Below, one piece after another: positions 38,930 to 49,600 of a stretch of DNA of 64,000 nt. The notes beneath the pieces were generated by a model. That model did no database searches. It saw only the letters and a program-made list of their open reading frames with translations, and was not told the origin of the DNA. The translations under genes and the position numbers were made by a program. Position 1 is the first letter of the stretch, and each line of letters starts with the position of its first letter. The DNA lies in assembly GCA_022821875.1 (NCBI GenBank), contig JAJECV010000142.1, positions 16,869 through 80,868 of the forward strand, in the 5' to 3' direction. This DNA comes from Rhodothermales bacterium (GTDB lineage Bacteria > Bacteroidota > Rhodothermia > Rhodothermales > Bin80).

Positions 38930-39604
38930 ATGACCAAGACACATCTGGAGCGAATTGTGGCAGAGGGCGAGGGGCTTCTGCTTGAATTTAAGCATCGCCT
39001 GCCCGATAGTGAGCGGATTGCCCGCGAAGTGACGGCACTCGCAAACACCAGCGGGGGGGATCTGTTAATCGGGGTGACCGATAACGGGCATCTGAGCGGG
39101 GTGAAGGATCCTGAAGAGGAAATGTATGCACTCCGCCATGCACTTGCGGAGCACTGTACGCCCGAGATCAATCTGAGCTCAGAGTATATCAAGATCAGTC
39201 GAACCCGTACGGTGGTCGTGATCCGGATTCCGGTCAGCGAGGTCCGTCCCCACTATGTTCAGGATCCTTCAACCCGTCAGAGATCCGTCTTTGTTCGATA
39301 TCAGGATATGTGCATTGCGGCGAGCCGTGAAGCGCAAAAATTGATGCGGCGGCCGGATACCGAGAATGTATTGATCCAGCTTGGCGAGAAAGAGCGTCTG
39401 CTCTTCAAGCTCCTTGAAGAAAAGGGCAGGGTAACGGTCTCCCGTTTTGCACGGTGTGCCAACATCCATCCCGGCCGGGCATCCCGCATGGTGGTCCGGA
39501 TGACAAGAGCGGGAGTTCTTGTTCATCATATTGATTTACACGAAGATTATTTCACCGCGGGGAAAGCGCTGCAGTCCGCCCCCCAGATATCGCCTCATCC
39601 ATGA
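38930..39604 (+). CDS. AlbA_2 (Schlafen-type 'divergent AAA') domain protein with C-terminal winged-helix
   Basis: 'EGEGLLLEFKHRLPD...ALANTSGGDLLIGVTDNGHLSGV' matches the AlbA_2 pattern. The C-terminus 'RLLFKLLEEKGRVTVSRFA...ASRMVVRMTRAGVL' is wHTH-like. Confidence 0.6.
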   Translation: MTKTHLERIVAEGEGLLLEFKHRLPDSERIAREVTALANTSGGDLLIGVTDNGHLSGVKDPEEEMYALRHALAEHCTPEINLSSEYIKISRTRTVVVIRIPVSEVRPHYVQDPSTRQRSVFVRYQDMCIAASREAQKLMRRPDTENVLIQLGEKERLLFKLLEEKGRVTVSRFARCANIHPGRASRMVVRMTRAGVLVHHIDLHEDYFTAGKALQSAPQISPHP

Positions 39605-40084
39605 GTATTCAGTATCTCTGTCGGGATCGGCTGATTTGAAAGATATCTCCAAAGTGGATTCCACCGAAATTAAAAATCAACGGTGTCACCATTGATCAAG
39701 AAAAATACCGGTTGCGATTTGGTATCGGGCCATTGTATGATCTCCAGGTTTTCACGGGTTGGATCTGAGAAATAACGTCGCTCAGCCTGCCTTCCTGGAA
39801 CATCGCATCCATTCCACCGTATAGGCGGCTATCCTTCATGGAACAAAGTCAGATACTCTGAATAGACATGACCTTCTTCGGTAACCGGACGAAGCAGAAT
39901 TTCAAATACAGTTCGTGGAACTTTAAGCGCAATATAGGAGTTAAGTGAGTCCGAACGCTTATATTGACTGCGCTTTGGATCGTAACAGTAGATGAGGTTT
40001 GAGCGGTTCGTACCCCGAAGCGATGCCATCTCTAGATTGGGGAGCATCTTTCTTGTAGCAACAAAATCATCAAATAGAACAATC

Positions 40085-43000
40085 ATGCTTAAAAACATAC
40101 TCAGAATCTATGTGTGTAGTTTCTGTATCTCGCTGGCATCTATTGTGTCGGCAGATCAGGTCGTACATGCTCAGGATCATTCTGTCCAGGGTACAGTGGT
40201 CTCTGCGGTAGACAACTCGCCATTGCCCGGTGCCTCGGTCGTAGAGACGGGCACCTTGAATGGCACCGCTGCCGATGTGGATGGGTCATTTTCGCTGGAA
40301 GTATCCAGTCCGGACGCATCTCTCTCGGTCACTTTCATCGGCTTTGTAAGCCAGACCATTGCCATAGAGGGCCGGGATGAAATTACCATTGCTCTGGAAG
40401 AAGATACCGGCCTTTTAGAGGAGGTTGTTGTGACGGCGGGCGGCATTGAGCGAAGGGAGCGTGCAGTTGGATACTCGGTTACAGAGGTTGGCGGTGAGGA
40501 TCTGCGTGAGGTGCGTGAAAACAATGTTGCGAACGCATTGTCGGGTAAAGTTGCCGGTGTCATTGTGACGAAACCTGCCACAGGGCCGGCAGGCTCCAGC
40601 CGTGTAATCATACGCGGGGCCTCTTCGCTTGGCGAAGACAGTCAGCCGCTTTATGTGGTGGACGGTGTCCCCATTGACAACACCACCCAGGGGAGTGCCG
40701 GTATGTGGGGCGGCAGTGACGGCGGGGACGGCATCGGTTCCATTAACCCCGATGACATCGAAAAGATGACGGTCTTGAAGGGCCCGTCGGCGGCGGCACT
40801 CTACGGGACCCGTGCCAAAAACGGCGTGATTCTCATTACGACCAAAAAAGCATCCCCCGGCATGGGCCTAGGGATTGAGTTTTCCAGTAATACCACGTTT
40901 GAAAACGTTCTGGTCAACACGGACTGGCAGACCGAATATGGTCAGGGAAGCCGCGGAGCCAAGCCTACTTCGGCGGAAGAGGCCCTCTCAACTGCGGACG
41001 ATTCCTGGGGGCCCAAACTAGATGGTGCACCGACGATCAGCTGGGATGGCAGTGAGCAGCCGTACAGTCTGGCTTCCGATCCGGTTACGTCCTTTTACAA
41101 TACCGGCCTGACCAGTACCAACAGTTTGGCCCTGACGACCGCAAATGAAGCCAGTTCACTGCGGATCGGGTTCTCGCATTTACAAAATGAAGGGATCAGC
41201 CCCAATTCGGGACTGGAGCGTACGACACTTTCTGTGCGGGGAACTTCACAGTTTGGTGAACGCCTGAGCGCAGATGCAAAAGTCAATCTGATACGGGAAT
41301 TTGTGGTAAATCGGCCGAGACTGAGTGACTCACCGGGGAATGCAAACTATTCGGTCTATCAGCTGGCCCGGAATGTAGATGTGGAATCCCTGCGGTGCCC
41401 GCCGGAAGACGCAAACTGTACCGAACTGGGAACAGATGTAGACGGCACAGAATTGCATCGGGGACTGTTTGGGAATACGTTCCAGCAGAACCCCTACTGG
41501 GCCGCCCATCAGTACAAGAATCAGGACAAAGATTTTCGTGTACTCGGATTTGTGTCACTGTCCTATAAGTTTGCAGACGGGATCAATCTCAGAGGCCGCT
41601 TTGGCGGCGATACCTATGATATCCGCCGTACAGGGCTCACCCCCTGGGGGACGGCATATCAGCGAAACGGCTCTCAATCCGAGCGAAATATTGAAGTCAC
41701 CGAGATCAATACCGATTTTCTCTTAACGATTGATCGCAGCTTGACCAGTTCCATTGGACTCCAGGCGACCGCGGGAGGAAATATCCTCTACCGTCAAAGT
41801 GAAAACCTGACACTCTCAGGTGGAGGGGGGTACAGTGTACCGGGGCTGGAAGTGGTGACCAACCAGAACACCCGATCCCATGGCTACGGCTTCAGCGAGA
41901 AGCAGATTAACTCGCTGTACGGATCCGCTGAGTTGGCTTATAACGATTTCTTCTATCTCACGCTGACCGCACGGAATGACTGGTCGTCCACGCTTCCGAT
42001 AGAAAACAACAGTTATTTCTATCCATCCATCAGCGGCAGCCTGGTTTTGACGGATGCCCTGGAACTTCCTGGCTGGGTCAGTTTTGCAAAACTTCGCGCC
42101 TCGTGGGCGCAAGTCGGCGGAGATACGAACCCCTATCAACTTGCGCTCACCTACGGACTCAGTGGAAGTCACCTTGGACAGCCACGCGGAAACATTGCAC
42201 AGGGAAGCATCCCTCTGGCAGATCTTAAGCCTTCCCAGACGGTCGGGATTGAAGGCGGCTTTGATATACGCTTTATTGAGAATCGTTTTGGAATTGACTT
42301 TACGTACTACACCGAAACGGCTACCGACCAGATTCTGTCTACCACCATCTCGAATGCATCAGGATTTGGGAGCCAGGTGATTAATGCGGGCGAAATTTCC
42401 AATCAGGGAGTTGAACTGCTGATCACCACAACCCCGGTTCGCATGGGAGACTGGCGGTGGAATTTGGATTTGAACCTGTCGCGCAACCAGAATGAGGTGG
42501 TTGAACTGGTGGAAGGTCAGACTTCTCTGGTGCTTGCAGAAAGTCGGCACAGAGGAAATTATGTGACCGCAGATGTAGGCGAACCCTACGGTTCGATCAA
42601 GGGGCGAAAATATCTTCGCCAGAATGTACCCACCGGGGAAGATGCCTCGGATTGTGATGCAACCGGCCCCATCGTACATGATGCAGACGGACTCCCGATG
42701 CGGACCACGGATCTGTGTGTCCTGGGAAATGGCTCTCCCGACCTGAGTGGTGGTATTCGGAGTTCATTACGTTGGCGGAATCTTACCCTGAACCTGCTTT
42801 TTGATATGCGCTTTGGTGGTGACCTGTTCTCGGTGACCAACAGTGCAGGTTACAGCAATGGACTCCACAAGAACACCCTTCAGGGCCGTGATGTCGGCTA
42901 TATTGTCGGGGATGGTGTCACCGCAGATGGATCGGCAAATACCGTCCAGGTTGACCCGCAGGATTACTTCCAGAGGATTGGCGGAGGAACGATTGGGGAA

Positions 43001-43261
43001 GAATTCATCTATGATGCAAGTTTTGTAAAGCTTCGGGAGATGATGGTCAGTTATAATCTGCCAGCCCGTTTATTTGCTCGCACTCCAATCAAATATGCTT
43101 CCGTTTCTCTGGTGGCCAGAAATCTCTGGCTGATCCACAGCAACGTAGACAATCTTGATCCGGAATCCCTGTACAACAGTACAAATCGCGGTATTGGACT
43201 AGAGCATTCAGGGGTGCCGCAGACACGAAGCATTGGCATTAACCTCAATGTCCGTCTGTAG
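40085..43261 (+). CDS. SusC/RagA-family TonB-linked outer membrane protein
   Basis: Signal peptide, a CarboxypepD_reg-like segment ('VQGTVVSAVDNSPLPGASVVETGT..DGSFSL'), a plug ('IIRGASSL', 'PLYVVDGVPI') and a long beta-barrel. I placed the start at ATG 40085. Confidence 0.9.
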   Translation: MLKNILRIYVCSFCISLASIVSADQVVHAQDHSVQGTVVSAVDNSPLPGASVVETGTLNGTAADVDGSFSLEVSSPDASLSVTFIGFVSQTIAIEGRDEITIALEEDTGLLEEVVVTAGGIERRERAVGYSVTEVGGEDLREVRENNVANALSGKVAGVIVTKPATGPAGSSRVIIRGASSLGEDSQPLYVVDGVPIDNTTQGSAGMWGGSDGGDGIGSINPDDIEKMTVLKGPSAAALYGTRAKNGVILITTKKASPGMGLGIEFSSNTTFENVLVNTDWQTEYGQGSRGAKPTSAEEALSTADDSWGPKLDGAPTISWDGSEQPYSLASDPVTSFYNTGLTSTNSLALTTANEASSLRIGFSHLQNEGISPNSGLERTTLSVRGTSQFGERLSADAKVNLIREFVVNRPRLSDSPGNANYSVYQLARNVDVESLRCPPEDANCTELGTDVDGTELHRGLFGNTFQQNPYWAAHQYKNQDKDFRVLGFVSLSYKFADGINLRGRFGGDTYDIRRTGLTPWGTAYQRNGSQSERNIEVTEINTDFLLTIDRSLTSSIGLQATAGGNILYRQSENLTLSGGGGYSVPGLEVVTNQNTRSHGYGFSEKQINSLYGSAELAYNDFFYLTLTARNDWSSTLPIENNSYFYPSISGSLVLTDALELPGWVSFAKLRASWAQVGGDTNPYQLALTYGLSGSHLGQPRGNIAQGSIPLADLKPSQTVGIEGGFDIRFIENRFGIDFTYYTETATDQILSTTISNASGFGSQVINAGEISNQGVELLITTTPVRMGDWRWNLDLNLSRNQNEVVELVEGQTSLVLAESRHRGNYVTADVGEPYGSIKGRKYLRQNVPTGEDASDCDATGPIVHDADGLPMRTTDLCVLGNGSPDLSGGIRSSLRWRNLTLNLLFDMRFGGDLFSVTNSAGYSNGLHKNTLQGRDVGYIVGDGVTADGSANTVQVDPQDYFQRIGGGTIGEEFIYDASFVKLREMMVSYNLPARLFARTPIKYASVSLVARNLWLIHSNVDNLDPESLYNSTNRGIGLEHSGVPQTRSIGINLNVRL

Positions 43262-43290
43262 CATCTAATCACTTGAAAAACTCGAATACA

Positions 43291-44817
43291 ATGACTAAAT
43301 TGAATAAACTCTCTATAGCGACGGCCTTGTGTTTGTCTCTCCTGCTTGCCTCCTGTGATTCAGGTTTTGAAGAGATGAATGTCAATCCGACGCAGGCCGA
43401 TCAGATTGATCCTAATTTTAAGCTGACCAATATCCAGGTTCGGATTAGTGGTGAGCGGTACGAGAATTGGCGGACCAACCTGATCTACAGTTCCACGATG
43501 ATTCAGCATTTTGCGGCCTTACCGGGCTATTGGTCAGGGGACAAGTACTTTTACAATCCATCCTATTCCTCCGCAATGTGGGACCGGTATTATTCCAACC
43601 TTGCACGGAATGTGGAGGACCTTCTCGTACAGACCGCCGAAGACCCGGAAATGGTTAACATGCATCATATCACGCAGATCCTCCGCGTGGTCATGTATCA
43701 TCGGCTGACCGATCTCCATGGAGACATTCCATATTCGGAAGCAGGGAAGGGATTCACGGAAGGAATTACCCAGCCCAAGTATGATGCGCAGTCCACGATC
43801 TATCCAGACATGTTGCAAAAGCTTGAAGCGGCAGCAACAGCACTGAGTGGTAGCAGTCCATCGTTTGGCAGCGGGGATCTGATGTATCAGGGCGATGTAG
43901 AGAAGTGGAAAAAGTTTGCGAACTCCCTGATGTTGCGGCTGGGTATGCGTCTAGTCAAGATAGATCCCGGTGCGGCACAAAGCTGGGTCCAGAAAGCCAT
44001 TGCCGGTGGAACCTTTGAGAGTAATGATGACATTGCCTATGTTCCTCATAACGACCCGTCCGGCTGGAGAAATGGCAACGGGCAGGTGTTCACCTCCGAT
44101 GGTAACCCGCGGATCAGCGAAACATTTGCCAACTGGATGGTTGCCCATGATGATCCCAGACTGTATGTCTATGCTCAAAGCCCGGTGGCGGGTTCTGCGC
44201 CGATTGGGCTCCCGAATGGGAAAACTGCCGGTGGATCCGATGCGGATCATGGCATTGAAAATCACTCCACCTGGGTGGATTGTGATTCCGGTGTGACACC
44301 CTGCGGGATGGATGTGTATCTGGTTCCCAATGATGTGATCAAGGGAGAGGACGATCCGATGTTCTTTATGACCTACGCCGAAGTGGAACTTCTGAAAGCC
44401 GAGGCGGCAGTGCGCGGCTGGTACAGTGGAGATGCTGCAATGCATTATGCGAACGGGGTTCGCGCCGCCATGGAATATCTTGCAATGTACGGCGATGCAG
44501 CGATGATTGCGGGTACAGATATTGACGCTTATCTGGAGGCGAATCCTTATGATCCTGCACAAGGCATGAAGATGATTAACGAGCAGTTCTGGGCGGCCGT
44601 GGTCTTGAATGAGTACGAAGCGTACGCAAACTGGCGGCGAACCGGCTATCCCGAACTTACACCGACCAATTATCCTGGGAATGTAACCGGGGGTACGATT
44701 CCTCGCCGTTTACGCTACCGGGCGAATGAAGCAGTCGCGAATCCGCAAAATTACTCTGCAGCTGTGAATGCGCAGGGAGCAGATGAGTTAACCACGCGCA
44801 TGTGGTGGGATAAATAA
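43291..44817 (+). CDS. SusD/RagB-family lipoprotein
   Basis: Lipobox 'LLLASCDSG'. It lies immediately downstream of the susC-like gene and has TPR-like helical composition with C-terminal 'WRRTGYPEL' and 'RMWWDK'. Confidence 0.8.
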   Translation: MTKLNKLSIATALCLSLLLASCDSGFEEMNVNPTQADQIDPNFKLTNIQVRISGERYENWRTNLIYSSTMIQHFAALPGYWSGDKYFYNPSYSSAMWDRYYSNLARNVEDLLVQTAEDPEMVNMHHITQILRVVMYHRLTDLHGDIPYSEAGKGFTEGITQPKYDAQSTIYPDMLQKLEAAATALSGSSPSFGSGDLMYQGDVEKWKKFANSLMLRLGMRLVKIDPGAAQSWVQKAIAGGTFESNDDIAYVPHNDPSGWRNGNGQVFTSDGNPRISETFANWMVAHDDPRLYVYAQSPVAGSAPIGLPNGKTAGGSDADHGIENHSTWVDCDSGVTPCGMDVYLVPNDVIKGEDDPMFFMTYAEVELLKAEAAVRGWYSGDAAMHYANGVRAAMEYLAMYGDAAMIAGTDIDAYLEANPYDPAQGMKMINEQFWAAVVLNEYEAYANWRRTGYPELTPTNYPGNVTGGTIPRRLRYRANEAVANPQNYSAAVNAQGADELTTRMWWDK

Positions 44818-44836
44818 TTGATCTCTGCTTACTCAC

Positions 44837-44880
44837 AAAACGGGGGCATTCGCAAACGCGGATGCCCCCGTTTTATTTTA
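44837..44880. terminator. Bidirectional rho-independent terminator between convergent genes
   Basis: aaaacgggggcat...atgcccccgtttt forms a 13-bp perfect stem, extendable through cgc/gcg. T-runs are present on both strands. Confidence 0.8.
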
Positions 44881-44942
44881 TGCCGGGTACAGGATGCGCG
44901 AACTTACGCATCTAAGTGAACCCCGAACCCGGCGATCTGACG

Positions 44943-46649
44943 TTACTCTGCATAGTCGAAATCCAGCGATCTGGATCTTGTTCTGCCGGAAACCTGATCC
45001 GTGACGGTCAAGGTGAGTGTGAGCGGTCCTGGCCTGTTCCATTGTCCAATATCAACCACCATAAATTCACGAACCGTCGCCGCATCGCCCGTATAGTCGA
45101 AAGAGGCCGTAATCGGATCTGCACCCTCACTGCTGAGCGTATATTGAACCGTATAGCGGGTCTGATCCATCTCGTTGAAACGCAGGAAGTAGATTTCAAA
45201 GTACAGGGCAAGCGGGGTATCGGGGCCGATCTCACGCTCGACATAGGGGACTGCGCTATCGAAAGTATCTGCAGATTTTAATCGGAGCGGCTTCAGGTCG
45301 CTGACCTCCAGCGAGGTGCCGTCTCCGTTTAGCGTCTTCAGTGTATCCAGATCCGCAACTCCAATCGCCCAGGCAGCTCCGGGCTGCGGAGGGATCGAAT
45401 CAGGAATCGTCCAGTGCAGTGACCACTGCATAGTGATTGGAGATGCGGAGTACTCCTTCGTGATCCAGGAATAAATTCGTTGCTCTGACTTGGCACCCTG
45501 TGGCAGATGATAGCGTCGGACCTGGATATTCTGCGGTTCAAATGCGGGCCCTCGCGTGGTGAAGCCGACACTTAAGATATAATCCGGAGATTCATGCTGC
45601 TCCAATTGCCGCATGTGGCGGATCATGCGACGGCTCGGGCGAACGGCCGCCGCATCAATGCTCCAGTACATCTCTAACCGCGTCGTGCCGTCCCGTTCTA
45701 AAAAGCGGCTGAATCGTAACGGGGGACGAAGTTCGATGGCGTTGCCATACGCCTTGGTTGTGCTGCGCGGGACGGTTTTTGCACGGCTCAGCTGATGCTG
45801 ATCGTCTCTTGTTCCGGCATCCTGGATCGCTTTCTGTGAGAATTCGTAGGGACGCAGGGGGGAGGATGTTGCGAGTGTGTTATAACTGGTGACCGCGTCA
45901 TAGACGGTACCATAGTGCGGATGCTCCAGCGCTAACTGAGCAAACACATCCTCAATCCAGAGAAGAAGAAGTCCAACCCTCCGCCGGGTTCCGCGAAGAT
46001 TTGGCGGAATTAACGATTCGGAGGTATCAATACGATAGGGTCTTCTGCGGGACATCTGCACAAACAGATAGTGGGCATCATCGTGAATATTACGGTAGAC
46101 CCACATCTCATTTCGCGGAAGGCGATACTGAAGTGGCAAAACCTGAAGGTTGGGATCTTTCAGCGTAATCACCTGCTGGCGCCAGGGCTGCCCGAAGCGT
46201 ACAAATATCCGGCCGCGATCATCTACGCCCAATGAATCTCTTCGGTAGGAGTAGTTCTGCTGTGCATGGTAAATTCGATATAAATGCTCTTCCAATCGTT
46301 CATTATCGTAGGTAGCAGGTAACGGATCCTGGCGATGCCACCAGCTGACAATGATTTCTGCATCCTCACGGGTGCCCTGATCGGTGAGGAGTAAACGGGC
46401 CGATTGATGGGCCGCGGATTCCTCCGGCGTAATCAGTAGAATCCAGCGCAGATGCCACGCCATTTTTTCCGGATCGCCGACATTGGGATCGGCTGCCTGC
46501 TTCAGCCACTCAAGATAGGACTGTGTCGCTTCCGGGTAGGAAGCGACCTCTTCTTCAGTAAAAATTCGAGCAATTTCGGCTTCCTGTGCCCAAATCGGGG
46601 ATAGGACCAGACATGGAAGCCAGAAGATGGAAAAAAAACGCCTCATCAT
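44943..46649 (-). CDS. GWxTD domain-containing secreted protein
   Basis: Signal peptide 'MMRRFFSIFWLPCLVLSPIWAQE'. 'LGVDDRGRIFVRFGQP...NEMWVY' resembles the GWxTD signature. Confidence 0.55.
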   Translation of the reverse strand: MMRRFFSIFWLPCLVLSPIWAQEAEIARIFTEEEVASYPEATQSYLEWLKQAADPNVGDPEKMAWHLRWILLITPEESAAHQSARLLLTDQGTREDAEIIVSWWHRQDPLPATYDNERLEEHLYRIYHAQQNYSYRRDSLGVDDRGRIFVRFGQPWRQQVITLKDPNLQVLPLQYRLPRNEMWVYRNIHDDAHYLFVQMSRRRPYRIDTSESLIPPNLRGTRRRVGLLLLWIEDVFAQLALEHPHYGTVYDAVTSYNTLATSSPLRPYEFSQKAIQDAGTRDDQHQLSRAKTVPRSTTKAYGNAIELRPPLRFSRFLERDGTTRLEMYWSIDAAAVRPSRRMIRHMRQLEQHESPDYILSVGFTTRGPAFEPQNIQVRRYHLPQGAKSEQRIYSWITKEYSASPITMQWSLHWTIPDSIPPQPGAAWAIGVADLDTLKTLNGDGTSLEVSDLKPLRLKSADTFDSAVPYVEREIGPDTPLALYFEIYFLRFNEMDQTRYTVQYTLSSEGADPITASFDYTGDAATVREFMVVDIGQWNRPGPLTLTLTVTDQVSGRTRSRSLDFDYAE

Positions 46650-46688
46650 CGTTGAATATATCTGGGGATCCCGGAAAATGATACGTAC

Positions 46689-49600
46689 ATGCTGATCGGT
46701 CGTTGGCTCTGCATCGGAACTGGTTTAGGTTTGATCGTCCTCGCAGGCTGCATGCGGGAGCGTCCGCTCTTCACGCGGATGGAGCAAACGGGTATATCCT
46801 TTGAGAACCGAATTGTTGAACAGGATGCATTTAATGTGCTGGAGTATGAATACTTTTATAACGGGGCCGGGGTTGCAGCAGGCGACCTGAATAATGATGG
46901 GCGGGTGGACCTCTATTTCACTGCCAACATGGCTCCGGACCGTCTCTATCTGAATCGCGGCAACTGGTCATTTGAAGACATTACCGAACAGGCCGGAATC
47001 ATCCATGCGCCCACCTGGACGACAGGGGTGACCATGGTGGATGTGAATGGAGACGGCTTCCTTGATCTTTACGTGTGCCGGAGCGGGAATGTAACCACAG
47101 ACCGCCGCCGGAATTCCCTCTATATCAATCAGGGCGACCTGACCTTTAAGGATGAAGCCGCCGCCTATGGCCTCGATGATGTTGCCTATTCCAATCATGC
47201 TGCATTCTTTGACTATGATCAGGATGGCGATCTGGATATGTATCTGTTGAATCATTCCATTCGCCGATATTCTCATTTTGTTGTGGACCTCATGCGTGCA
47301 CGGCGTGACTCATTGGCAGGCGACAAGCTTTTCCGCAATGACAGTGGAAGGTTCGTGGATGTGAGTGAGGAAGCGGGAATCATCGGGAATCCCCTGAGTT
47401 ACGGTCTGAGCGTGGTGGTGAGTGATCTCAACGGGGATTTATGGCCGGATCTCTACATATCCAATGACTACATTGAGGATGACTATCTCTATATCAACCG
47501 GCAGGATGGTACCTTCAGTGAATCTATCCGATCCTATCTGACACATACCCCGTATGCTTCCATGGGGGCAGATATTGCAGATATCAATAATGATCTGCAA
47601 CCGGACATTTATGTGCTGGATATGCTTGCTGAAGATAATTACCGGCAGAAAGTGCTTAAAGGTCCGGAGGATTACCGATTCTATCAAGGCTTGCGGGAGG
47701 ATGGTTTTCATGAGCAGTACATGCGGAACATGCTCCACCTGCGAAGGGGCCCCGACTTTATAGAGATTGGACAACTGGCGGGAGTATCGAACACGGACTG
47801 GAGTTGGGCGGCGCTCGTTTCTGATCTGAACCGGGACCGCATGAAGGATTTAATCGTGACGAACGGATATCTGAGGGACTATACCGATTTAGATTTTCTG
47901 TCTACGACACTCCCCAATGCCTCCCGGGAGGCGGAAATGCTTGGAGAGGCGGTATCCGGTCTGGAAATGGTGCAGGCCATGCCCTCTACCCGAATTCCAA
48001 ATTATGTATTTCAAGGGCGGGACGGGATACGATTCCAGAATATGACCGAGGCCTGGGGCCTTGAACTCCCCACGCATTCCAATGGAATGACACTGGCGGA
48101 TTTGGATGGAGATCTGGATCTGGATCTGGTCATTAGCAACCTCAATCAGGAGGCGCTGCTCTATCGGAATCAGGCTGTGGAGCAGGGTAGGGGAAGTGCA
48201 CTTCGAATCATACTGGAGGGGCCCTCAGGCAATCCGTATGGAATTGGAGCAAAAGCCATTCTTCATGGCGCGGGGCAATCCATCATGCAGGAGGCTTTTT
48301 TTGTCCGCGGCTATCTCTCATCTCTGGAACCGGCTCTCTTTTTTGGAACCGGAGACTGGGAGGAGGTTGATGTGGAGATTTATTGGCCGGACGGCGAATT
48401 TCAACGGCTGGAGGGGATTCCTACGGGGCAGACGATTCAGGTGAAGTACAGTGAGGCGACCCTGGTTGAGGGGGCAGAGCCCCCTTCTGCGGAAGGATTT
48501 CTTAAAATTGATTTATCTTCGCAGATCCGCTATCAGCATCGGGAGGATGCCTATTCGGAATGGGATCAGCAGCCGCTGCTGCCCCGTGATCTGGCGCGGG
48601 AAGGTCCGGCCGTTGCCAGCGGAGATCTGAACGGGGATGGTCTCACGGATATCTTTATCGGCGGGGCAAGGGGACAGCCGGGGGCATTATTTCTTCAACA
48701 GCTTGATCGTACCTATACAGCGGTGATGCTCCCCGCACTGGAGGAGCATGCAGATTATGAGGATACCGATGCGGTATTACTGGATTTTTCGGGAGATGGA
48801 CTGCTGGATCTTTATGTAGCAAGCGGGACAGGGCCGATCAGTGATGACTGGCAGGATCGTCTCTATCTCAATACAGGCTTTGGCGGCCTAGTGCATGCCC
48901 CGGACATGCTGCCGCCAATGCAAACGGTGACCGGCAGCATTGCTCCCTATGATCTGGATGCAGATGGAGATATGGATCTCTTTATTGGTGGGCTCTATCT
49001 CCCCGGCCAATTTGGGATGTCTCCTCGCAGTTATCTGTTAGAGAATACGCCGAATGGTTTTGTGGATCGGACCGTAGAGTGGGGGCCTGGTTTAGCATAT
49101 CCCGGCATGATCCGCACTGCGGTTTGGGCAGATATAACCGGAGATGCCCAAATGGAACTGTTTATTGCAGGGCATTGGATGCCGATCCAGATGTATTGTC
49201 GAAGTGATTCAGGCGTTATGGAGAATTGCAGTGACGAACTGGGGTTTACTGGCTCCGAAGGGTTTTGGAATCAGGTGATCCCGGCCGATTTGGATGCAGA
49301 TGGCGACCTTGATCTGATTGCCGGGAATCAAGGCCTCAATACACAAATCCAGATCTCTGCTCAGACTCCATCAACACTATATGCAGGAGATTTTGATGAT
49401 TCTGGCACCTGGGATATTCTATACAGTGGCTTTGTTAAAGGGTTGGATGTCCCGGTTCCCTCGCGGGATCAGATAGTGCGGCAGTTACCGGATCTACGAA
49501 TCCATTTCCCGAAGTACGCTGACTATGCTGCTGCAACGACAGAGGAAGTGATGGCAGAATATGACCCGCCCGATATTGTGCTTAAAGCCGAACAGGGTTC

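Noticed and set aside
39992-40084. N-terminal extension of the SusC ORF
   Set aside because: A canonical signal peptide begins at ATG 40085 ('MLKNILRIYVCSFCISLASIVSA'). The upstream codons are read-through of intergenic DNA.
48111-48129. Microsatellite-like gatctg x3
   Set aside because: It is in frame and encodes 'DLDLDL' within an FG-GAP calcium-binding repeat of the CRTAC1-like gene. It is too short to suggest slippage-based regulation.
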